Origin: Alphaproteobacteria bacterium
GTDB taxonomy: Bacteria > Pseudomonadota > Alphaproteobacteria > UBA2966 > CAIVPW01
NCBI GenBank assembly: GCA_047517625.1
Contig: JAKZSO010000190.1
Coordinates: 1 to 35,892 of the forward strand
Direction: 5' to 3'
Length of the DNA: 35,892 nucleotides
Within the stretch, counting starts at the first letter, position 1. Each line of letters opens with the position of its first letter. This document shows, piece after piece, positions 29,100 to 35,892 of the stretch. The translations under genes and the position numbers were made by a program. Under the pieces are notes generated by a model. That model searched no databases. It saw only the letters and a list, made by a program, of their open reading frames with translations, and had not been told where the DNA came from.

Positions 29100-29175
29100 G
29101 CCACGGGGGGATTCCTAGGCCCCGGGGAATTAGGTATACTCAAGCCGTTGCGGGTTCGTTTTTCTAAGGTCTGTC

Positions 29176-30300
29176 ATGTCCATCCCGACACTGCTGGGTT
29201 TTTTGGCCGGCATAGGCTTGTTCGTTGGCGCCATCATGACGTCAACCGACAATTATATGAGCTTCGTGTCTGGCTCCAGCATTGTGATGGTGGTTGGTGG
29301 AACCCTGGCGGCCACGTTTATCGGCTACCAGGGCCGCTACGTTATTCTTGCCCTGAAGGACATCGGCGGGCTGTTTATCAAAGGCAAGGCCGACCGCAAG
29401 CTGCTGACCGTGGAGACCGGCAAAATCATTCGCTGGGGTTACCTGGTCAAGAAATCCGGGCTGCTGGCTCTGGAAAAAGAGATCAAGGGCGCGAAAAGCC
29501 AGGATCATTTCTTAAGCTATGGCATCGAGCTAGTGATCACCGGATATTCTGGCGAAGAAGTCCGTGGGATGCTGGGGGCGGCGTCGAACGGTTCCTATTC
29601 CCGCGCCATGGTCCAGGCGGATATATTGCAGAATATGGCGGCGGCCGCCCCGGCGTTTGGCATGATTGGCACCCTGGTCGGCCTGATCGTCATGCTGCAA
29701 TCATTGACCGCCAATCCCGACGGCGTCGGCGACGGCTTGGCGGTGGCCATGTTGACCACCCTGTACGGGGTGTTGGTCGCCCGGCTGGTTTTCATCCCTG
29801 CCGCCAGCAAGATCAGTCAGAAGGAAGGGATCATGCGATTCCGCAATTTTCTAATTACCGAAGGCTTTGCAATGCTGGCGGAGCAAAAAAGCCCACGTTT
29901 CATCCAGGACAAGATGAACAGCTATCTTGACCCGTCGATGCACTACAACATCGCAAAAATGGTGGAAAGAAGGACGAATAATGGCCGACGGCCCACCAGA
30001 AGAAAAATCAGAACCGCCGTCGGAAGACTGGCTAGTCACCTACGCCGACGCCATCACAATTTTGATGACGTTCTTCGTCATGATGTTTTCAATCATCAAA
30101 CCCACCAGCCCCGAATTGCTGGAGGCTTTGGAGAATTCCACCGCCGCCGGCGCCATCATGAGCACCATTGTCGGCAAAACCGCGGCGCCGCCGACGCCGT
30201 TCATGGCTTTGGTCGAACAATTGAACGAAGAGGCAGGGGAAGGCGGCGAAGGCAAAGTCGAGACCACCAGCACCCGGCGCTCGAGCACGTTCGAGTTTAA
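29176..30300 (+). CDS. motA: MotA/PomA-type stator proton-channel protein; as sequenced it has no stop before motB and reads on into about 105 codons of Arg/His-rich out-of-frame sequence
   Basis: Four TM segments with the conserved TM3/TM4 block AAAPAFGMIGTLVGLI ... LAVAMLTTLYGVLVARLVFIPAASKI. Credible MotA sequence ends near 29980. A TAA at 29979-29981, in a different frame, overlaps the motB ATG as TAATG. Confidence 0.75.
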   Translation: MSIPTLLGFLAGIGLFVGAIMTSTDNYMSFVSGSSIVMVVGGTLAATFIGYQGRYVILALKDIGGLFIKGKADRKLLTVETGKIIRWGYLVKKSGLLALEKEIKGAKSQDHFLSYGIELVITGYSGEEVRGMLGAASNGSYSRAMVQADILQNMAAAAPAFGMIGTLVGLIVMLQSLTANPDGVGDGLAVAMLTTLYGVLVARLVFIPAASKISQKEGIMRFRNFLITEGFAMLAEQKSPRFIQDKMNSYLDPSMHYNIAKMVERRTNNGRRPTRRKIRTAVGRLASHLRRRHHNFDDVLRHDVFNHQTHQPRIAGGFGEFHRRRRHHEHHCRQNRGAADAVHGFGRTIERRGRGRRRRQSRDHQHPALEHVRV

Positions 30301-30661
30301 GTCCGGCGACATGTTCGCCCCGGGCACCGCTGACATTCTGCCCTCTGGTGAGCCGACGTTGGACCGGGTCGCGCAAAACCTGATCCTTCTGGGCATCCAG
30401 ACCTACAAGGTTGATGTGGAAGGCCACACCGACGACGACCCCATCAGCACCGCCAAATTTCCATCGAACTGGGAGCTGTCCGCCGCCCGGGCCGCGGCGG
30501 TCGCGCGATTCCTAATCAGCCGCGGCGTCGACCCCGAACGCATCACGGTGATTGGATACGGCGACACCCGGCCAAAAGAAGACAACCGCGACATCAACGG
30601 GGTGCCGATCCCGGAAAACATGGCCGCCAACCGCCGGGTCGTGGTGCGAATAGAACGCTAG
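29981..30661 (+). CDS. motB: MotB/OmpA-family stator protein
   Basis: The TM plug region DWLVTYADAITILMTFFVMMF carries the conserved Asp. A C-terminal OmpA-like peptidoglycan-binding domain follows (VEGHTDDDPI...SNWELSAARAAAVARFL..GYGDTRP...NRRVVVRI). Confidence 0.8.
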   Translation: MADGPPEEKSEPPSEDWLVTYADAITILMTFFVMMFSIIKPTSPELLEALENSTAAGAIMSTIVGKTAAPPTPFMALVEQLNEEAGEGGEGKVETTSTRRSSTFEFKSGDMFAPGTADILPSGEPTLDRVAQNLILLGIQTYKVDVEGHTDDDPISTAKFPSNWELSAARAAAVARFLISRGVDPERITVIGYGDTRPKEDNRDINGVPIPENMAANRRVVVRIER

Positions 30662-30688
30662 CCTTCAGGCGGCGTCGGGAGGCGCGTC

Positions 30689-31042
30689 GTGGGACCCAGA
30701 GAACTAATTTTGGAATGGGTCAAAGCTTTCAATCGGGGTGACGCCGATGAGATGGCGGCATTCTACTTCGACGACGCTATCAACCACCAAATGACTCAGG
30801 ATCCCGTCGAAGGGCGCGAAGCAATCCGCGAGATGTTTCGGCGCGATTTCGAAACTGCAAAAATGACCTGCATCGTGGAGAGCGTTTTTGTGGACGGTGA
30901 CGTTGCCATCCTTGAGTGGCGCGACCCGCTCGGATTACGGGGCAGCGGGATTTTCCACATCCGCAGCGGCAAAATTTTTAGTCAAAGAGGGTATTGGGAC
31001 AAGCTGACATTCTTGAAGCAACCCGGATTGCCCATTGAGTGA
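30689..31042 (+). CDS. SnoaL-like / NTF2-fold small protein
   Basis: 117 aa, GTG start preceded by GGGAGG. ILEWVKAFNRGDADEMAAFYFDDAINHQ is a typical N-terminus for a SnoaL/ketosteroid-isomerase-like fold. Confidence 0.55.
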   Translation: MGPRELILEWVKAFNRGDADEMAAFYFDDAINHQMTQDPVEGREAIREMFRRDFETAKMTCIVESVFVDGDVAILEWRDPLGLRGSGIFHIRSGKIFSQRGYWDKLTFLKQPGLPIE

Positions 31043-31058
31043 ATTTCTAAATTCACTC
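31037..31058 (+). terminator. inverted repeat GAGTGAAT(T)-loop-(A)ATTCACTC spanning the stop codon of the SnoaL-like gene (weak terminator candidate)
   Basis: The 8-9 bp perfect stem was read directly. The TGA stop (31040-31042) lies inside the 5' arm. Only ATTT follows the stem, so this is not a canonical intrinsic terminator. Confidence 0.35.
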
Positions 31059-31180
31059 AGATTTCAGCTGCGTACGTGGTTGCTGCCGATCCGCGGCGCA
31101 GAACTGGTCTTAAGCGCGAATCTCGGTTGGCCGACTTTCTTTCAGGCCAATTGAGTGAATCCGCGCGACATGTAACAAAC

Positions 31181-31207
31181 CACTAAATCGGCTGTGCCGA
31201 TTTAGTG
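31181..31207 (-). terminator. 11-bp stem hairpin CACTAAATCGG-CACAG-CCGATTTAGTG containing the polA stop codon, followed by GTTTGTT
   Basis: The perfect 11-bp inverted repeat with a 5-nt loop was read directly. In the polA sense it is followed by a short T-containing stretch. The polA TAA (31202-31204) lies in the 5' arm. Confidence 0.4.
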
Positions 31208-34018
31208 CGCTTCGTCCCAGTTCTTGCCGGCGCCGGTTTCCACGGTTAACGGCACGTCCAGTTGGGCGACGCCTTCCATGACTTTTTTGGCAAGGGCCGA
31301 CAGAGCGTCGATTTCTTTTTCCGGGACCTCGAACAACAGTTCGTCGTGCACCGACAACAGCATCTTGGCTTTCAGCTTTGACCGCCCCAGCGCCCGGTCC
31401 ATGGCCACCATGGCGCGTTTGATGATGTCCGCCGCGGTTCCCTGCAGTGGCGCATTGATGGCGGCGCGCTCGGAAAACGCCCGGTGGGTGTGGTTCTTGT
31501 CGAGAATCCCAGGGATATGAACACGACGCCCGAACAAAGTGGTCACATAGCCGTGCTCCCTGGCATAGGATTTCGCCTCCTCCGTGTAATCTTTGATCCC
31601 GGGGTAGCGTTCGAAGTACGCCGCGATGTAATCCGCTGCTTCCTTGCGCGCGATACCCAACTGACGGGCCAGGCCAAACGCCGAGATTCCATAGATAATG
31701 CCGAAATTGATGGCTTTGGCCTGACGTCGCACCCCCGGGTCCATGCCTTTGACCGGCACTCCGAAAACCTGGGACGCGGTCAGAGCATGGATATCCACGC
31801 CTGATGAGAACGCTTCCTTCAACGAATCGATCTCTGCCATGTGGGCCAACAGCCGCAGTTCGATTTGGGAATAGTCGGCAGACACCAACTTTGCGCCCTT
31901 TTCGGCGGCAAAGGCTTGGCGAATCTTGCGGCCCTCTTCGGACCGCACCGGAATATTCTGCAAGTTCGGATTTATCGACGCCAGCCGCCCGGTGGCGGCA
32001 CCGGCCATCTGATAGCTGGTGTGAACCCGGCCGGTGGCTGGGTTAATTTGTGCCCCCAAGGTGTCGGTGTAGGTGTTTTTCAGCTTCGCCAGTTGGCGCC
32101 ACCCCAAAACTTTTTCCGGCAGTTCGTGGCCATCGTCCGCCAAGGTTTCCAGCACATCGGCGCCGGTTGTCCAAGCCCCCGTTTTCGCGCGCTTGCCTCC
32201 GGGCAGGGCCATCTCATCGAACAGCACCTCGCCCAATTGTTTGGGCGATCCCACGTTAAATTTGTGGCCAGCCAGGCGGTAGACCTCGGCCTCCAGGTCC
32301 GCCATGCGCTTGGCGAAATCTTTAGACAGGGAGCCCAAGGCTTTTTGGTCGACCTTGATGCCGTGGCGCTCCATGGCCGCCAGCACTGGCACCAGGGGCC
32401 TCTCGATCGTTTCGTAAACCGCCACCATGGCCTCGGACACCAGGCTGGTTCGCAAAATTCCATGGGCGCGGAACGCGAAATCGGCGGCTTCGCCAGCCAG
32501 CTTGGCCGCGTCGGCCAGGGGCGCTTGAGCGAAAAGGATAGCTTTCTTGCCGGTGCCCAACAGGTCTTTGCGGGACTGGGGCGTGGCTTCCAGCAGCCGC
32601 TCGGCAAGGTCGGCGACACCGCGGCCAAAGCTCCCGCCACCAAGGGTGAACGACAACAACATGGTGTCTTCCACCGGCGCCACCCTCACCCCGGCCCGGG
32701 CCAAAACCTTCACCGGGCCCTTGATATCGTGACCAATTTTTAGGACCGCCGGGTCTTCCAGCAACTGGGTCAACAGTGGGATCGCTTTGTCCTTTGGCAC
32801 TTGCGCGGGCGCGTCCGCGGGCTTGGTGCCATCCAATTCCAACGCTTCCTGCTTGGCCGCCGGACCATGTTCCAAGGGCACGTACCACGATTGATCCGGG
32901 CCATGGGTGAACGCCACACCGACCACATCGGCCTGCATTTCATCGGGGTGCGAGCCTTCCACATGGATCGCCACCGCCCCTGCCAGGCGGGCCTCGGCCA
33001 CCCACTGGGCCAAGTCTGCCGCGGTCTGGACAATGGCAACCTCGCCGTCGCCGGCCTTGGCGGATTTTCGCTTAGGGGCCGCCGCCGGTGTTGGCATTGG
33101 CCGAGGCGTGGCCGCCGCGCCATCGCCCCCGCGCAACCGTTTCAGCAGAGCGGAAAATTCCATGTCTTCCAAAAACGGGTAAAGAACTTCCGGGTCCGGG
33201 GGCTGAATAGCCAAGGTTTGCAGGCCGCCATCCAGGGGCAGGTCCTGGCGCAGGGTGACCAGATCCCGGCTGATGCGGGCCATGTCGGCATTGTCGATCA
33301 AGGTCTGGCGGCGTTTCGGCTGCTTGATTTCTTCGGCCCGGTCGAGCAATTGGTCGAGGCCGCCATAGATGCCCAACAATTCAGCGGCGGTCTTGACCCC
33401 AATCCCCGGCACCCCGGGCACGTTGTCGGTGGAATCCCCGGCAAGCGCCTGAAGATCGATCATCATGTCCGGATCGACGCCGAATTTTTCGCGCACTTCT
33501 TCGTCGCCGATGGCGCGATTCTTCAACGGGTCGAGCATGGAAACGCCGGGCTCGATCAGCTGCATCAAGTCTTTGTCGGAAGACACAATGACCACCGTGT
33601 AGCCCGCGTCGCGTCCGGCCCGGGCATAGGAGGCAATCAAATCGTCCGCTTCGAACCCTTCCCGGTCCACGGCGATGACGTTGAACGCCGCGGTGGCTTT
33701 GCGGATCAGGTCGAACTGGGGGATCAGGTCGTCCGGGGGCGGCGGCCGGTGGGCTTTGTAATCGGCAAAAATTTCGTTGCGGAAGGTCTTGCGCCCGGCA
33801 TCGAAAATCACCGCCAAGTGGCCGTCAGCCCCGATGTCGGTAAGCAGCCGGTTGAGCATGTTACAAAAGCCAGTGACCGCGCCGGTCGGCAGCTTGTCGC
33901 GCTTGCGGGTGAGTTGGGGGAGAGCGTGGTAGGCGCGGAAAATGAACCCGGAGCCGTCCACCAGATATAGCGGCCCGCCTGGGGCGGCTTTCTTCGTGGC
34001 GGTTTTACCGGCAGCCAT
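31202..34018 (-). CDS. polA: DNA polymerase I
   Basis: 938 aa with the 5'-3' exonuclease N-terminus (LYLVDGSGFIFRAYHAL), a 3'-5' exonuclease region and polymerase motifs (DYSQIELRLLAH, RRQAKAINFGIIYG, VHDELLFE). Confidence 0.95.
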   Translation of the reverse strand: MAAGKTATKKAAPGGPLYLVDGSGFIFRAYHALPQLTRKRDKLPTGAVTGFCNMLNRLLTDIGADGHLAVIFDAGRKTFRNEIFADYKAHRPPPPDDLIPQFDLIRKATAAFNVIAVDREGFEADDLIASYARAGRDAGYTVVIVSSDKDLMQLIEPGVSMLDPLKNRAIGDEEVREKFGVDPDMMIDLQALAGDSTDNVPGVPGIGVKTAAELLGIYGGLDQLLDRAEEIKQPKRRQTLIDNADMARISRDLVTLRQDLPLDGGLQTLAIQPPDPEVLYPFLEDMEFSALLKRLRGGDGAAATPRPMPTPAAAPKRKSAKAGDGEVAIVQTAADLAQWVAEARLAGAVAIHVEGSHPDEMQADVVGVAFTHGPDQSWYVPLEHGPAAKQEALELDGTKPADAPAQVPKDKAIPLLTQLLEDPAVLKIGHDIKGPVKVLARAGVRVAPVEDTMLLSFTLGGGSFGRGVADLAERLLEATPQSRKDLLGTGKKAILFAQAPLADAAKLAGEAADFAFRAHGILRTSLVSEAMVAVYETIERPLVPVLAAMERHGIKVDQKALGSLSKDFAKRMADLEAEVYRLAGHKFNVGSPKQLGEVLFDEMALPGGKRAKTGAWTTGADVLETLADDGHELPEKVLGWRQLAKLKNTYTDTLGAQINPATGRVHTSYQMAGAATGRLASINPNLQNIPVRSEEGRKIRQAFAAEKGAKLVSADYSQIELRLLAHMAEIDSLKEAFSSGVDIHALTASQVFGVPVKGMDPGVRRQAKAINFGIIYGISAFGLARQLGIARKEAADYIAAYFERYPGIKDYTEEAKSYAREHGYVTTLFGRRVHIPGILDKNHTHRAFSERAAINAPLQGTAADIIKRAMVAMDRALGRSKLKAKMLLSVHDELLFEVPEKEIDALSALAKKVMEGVAQLDVPLTVETGAGKNWDEAH

Positions 34019-34056
34019 GGGACACTATACCCCGCCCGCCCCACCGGGCCATTTCG

Positions 34057-34710
34057 CTAATCCCCGGCTGGACTGGCCAATTTCGTCCGGGCGCGGTCCC
34101 GCCACGAGGTGGGGATGGCCGCTAACTCCGTCAGAGCCGCGACCCGTTTGGGGTCAACCGCGTCCCGGTACAGCAGGTCCACTGCTTCTTTTACCGTGAT
34201 CCGCTCCGGCCCGATTGCCAAGCGCTCGAAGACGTCGCCCGCCGCGACCTCGCCTTCTTCCAACACCCGCAGAAAAAATCCGGTGCGCAGGCTTTTCAGG
34301 AACACCTTTGGGAACCCGGCGTCGCCAAACCGGACGCCCAATTTGTGACAGGGAATTCTGCCGTGGGTGACTTCCACGACGGCGCCGCCGACCCGGTACA
34401 AATCACCGATATGCACGTCCCCATCCAACATGCCTTCGACGGTGAAATTTTCGCCAAACTCGCCATAGGCCATGTCGTCGCGGCTCAGCTCTTGGCGCCA
34501 AATCGAGTAGTTGTCCCAGGAATACACCAGCACCGCCCGCTCGAAGCCGCCATGGACCTCGGCATCCGATTGCACATCGCCGTCCAAACCGCGCATCCGC
34601 AACATGATTGGACCGTCGATCGGTTTTTTGTTTATGGCGGTCCGTATAGTTTCGCCCGTGGCACTCTCTACATCGCGCTCAACGCCGACGCTGATGGCCA
34701 GGATTTTCAT
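34057..34710 (-). CDS. MOSC domain-containing protein (YiiM-like)
   Basis: 217 aa with GLDGDVQSDAEVHGG..RAVLVYS, GENFTVEG and VTHGRIPCHKLG, which is the typical MOSC core with the conserved Cys. Confidence 0.7.
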   Translation of the reverse strand: MKILAISVGVERDVESATGETIRTAINKKPIDGPIMLRMRGLDGDVQSDAEVHGGFERAVLVYSWDNYSIWRQELSRDDMAYGEFGENFTVEGMLDGDVHIGDLYRVGGAVVEVTHGRIPCHKLGVRFGDAGFPKVFLKSLRTGFFLRVLEEGEVAAGDVFERLAIGPERITVKEAVDLLYRDAVDPKRVAALTELAAIPTSWRDRARTKLASPAGD

Positions 34711-34750
34711 GACGGTGTTCCGTGGGCCTGGGTGTCAGCTCGGGCTCGGC

Positions 34751-34948
34751 TCAAACAGGTTTGGCCCGCTGGTACAGGCGATCGCAATACGGGCATTCGA
34801 CCTTGCCTTCGGCGTCCACAGTCAAAAACACCCGGGGATGCCCCAAGCCACTGTTAGCCCGCTGCTCCGCAGCATTGGCCCCACCGCCGCCATCACAGGC
34901 GACGGTGCTGCCTTTGATCTCGATAACTTCCGGCGGTTCGGGTTTCAT
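34751..34948 (-). CDS. small zinc-finger (zf-CHCC / NDUFS6-like) domain protein
   Basis: 65 aa from ATG 34948: VACDGGGG...GHPRVFLTVDAEGKVECPYCDRLY. Confidence 0.5.
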   Translation of the reverse strand: MKPEPPEVIEIKGSTVACDGGGGANAAEQRANSGLGHPRVFLTVDAEGKVECPYCDRLYQRAKPV

Positions 34949-35041
34949 GGAAGACCTGCATGGGAAGCGTCGCGGCAAGAGTTGCTGGCGGGGCGAATGA
35001 TACCTGTTGCGGAGCCATGATCAACGCTAAGTTTCGTCCCC

Positions 35042-35892
35042 ATGAACGAACAATCCCCAGGGCAAGACTCGACGCGCACATCCGATGCCACCGCGACCAT
35101 TGACGCCGCCGTCACGGCCCGGGGCGTTACCAAAACTTATGCCGCCACAAATAAGACCGCGGCGGTTGAGGCGCTGAAATCGGTCGGTTTGACCATCCCC
35201 GTAGGCTCGTTCTTCGGCCTGCTTGGCCCCAACGGGGCGGGGAAATCCACGTTTATCAATATTCTTGCCGGGCTGGTGACCAAGACCGCAGGCTCTGTCG
35301 CGGTGTGGGGCCACGACATCGACAGCCAAACCCGCCAAGCCCGGGCAGCCATCGGCGTCGTCCCCCAAGAGCTTAATTTGGACCCATTTTTCACCCCGGC
35401 CGAGACCATGGAATTCCAGGCCGGGCTGTATGGGGTGCCAAAGGCAGAGCGCCGCACGGCGGAAAGGCGGTGCGCCTGACCGACCAAGCCGGCGCCTATG
35501 CCCGGCGCCTGTCGGGGGGGCATGCGCAGGCTGCTGCTGCTGGCAAAAGCCATGGCCCACTCACCGCCGATTCTGGTTCTGGACGAGCCCACCGCCGGGG
35601 TCGACGTGGAGCTTCGCCATCAGCTTTGGGCATTATATCCGCCAACTCCACGCCGGCGGCGTCACCGTGCTGTTGACCACCCATTATCTGGAAGAAGCCG
35701 AGGCCCTGTGCGACCACGTGGCCATCATTCACCACGGCGAGGTCATCGTCCACGAACCCACGGCCCAATTGGTCGCCAAGCTAGACCGCAAGATGGTGAC
35801 CATCGCGCTGGGCGAGGCCCAAAACGAAATTCCGGAACCCTTGGCGCAATTTGACGTCGAATTGACCGGGCCCCATACGCTCACCGTGCGTT
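35042..35892 (+). pseudogene. ABC transporter ATP-binding protein (ABC-2 exporter type), 3' end cut by the window, read in three frames with at least three frameshifts
   Basis: The Walker A GPNGAGKST and Q-loop GVVPQE lie in the frame that starts at 35042. [17 protein letters not shown] is in a second frame. [30 protein letters not shown] (signature plus Walker B) is back in the first frame. [35 protein letters not shown] is in the third frame. The breaks fall near 35463-35465 (A3), 35514-35520 (G7) and 35628-35630 (G3). Confidence 0.8.

Noticed and set aside
29176-30661. MotA/MotB pair as a Zorya-type anti-phage module
   Set aside because: The credible MotA part is about 268 aa with no long coiled-coil tail of the ZorA kind; the apparent long tail is out-of-frame read-through. 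No ZorC/D-like or other defence genes are adjacent. The neighbours are pckA, a SnoaL-like gene and polA.
31034-31160. 11-bp direct repeats flanking about 105 bp as target-site duplications of a MITE
   Set aside because: I could see no terminal inverted repeats inside the repeats, and the segment is very short. It is kept only as a low-interest note, not a mobile-element call.
1-35892. Search for tRNA/rRNA genes, IS elements, integrases, toxin-antitoxin pairs, defence systems or biosynthetic clusters
   Set aside because: Nothing found. Every ORF of credible coding character maps to a housekeeping or widely conserved family, and gene order matches conserved alphaproteobacterial synteny. No compositional island is visible apart from the 130-bp AT-rich ahcY promoter region.

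Overview
This 35.9 kb window of roughly 60% GC looks like an ordinary core-chromosome segment of an alphaproteobacterium, possibly Rhodospirillales-like (taxonomy is inferred from gene order only). Nearly all of it is housekeeping coding sequence. Left to right: aroA (5' cut by the window edge), cmk, rpsA, sppA, ihfB, a LapA-like gene, trpF-trpB-trpA-accD-folC, then trxA-addA-addB-tsaE on the minus strand. Next come a thioredoxin-reductase-type ferredoxin-NADP reductase, a PAS sensor kinase, ahcY, rapZ and chvG-chvI. They are followed by a HugZ-like FMN-binding protein, pckA, a motA/motB-like stator pair, a SnoaL-like gene, polA, a MOSC-domain gene, a small zinc-finger gene and an ABC ATPase (3' cut by the window edge). 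I found no rRNA, tRNA, CRISPR array, transposase, integrase, prophage or recognisable defence or biosynthetic island, and I cannot honestly support any novel multi-gene system here. Four things are worth a second look. (1) The whole fnr/kinase intergenic gap is three tandem 53-54 bp REP-like palindromic units. (2) The PAS kinase has an in-frame TAA after its membrane anchor and seems to lack a DHp/His-box domain. (3) Several reading-frame breaks in conserved genes (sppA, motA, three in the ABC ATPase, possibly the folC start) sit mostly at short homopolymers, so they are assembly indels or recent pseudogenisation. (4) Smaller oddities include a histone-H1-like Lys/Ala tail on ribosomal protein S1, a chvI-chvG-rapZ-ahcY arrangement with no hprK/EIIA/HPr genes, and inverted repeats that engulf stop codons. 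All product calls come from reading the translated ORFs for motifs and from synteny. No database search was run.
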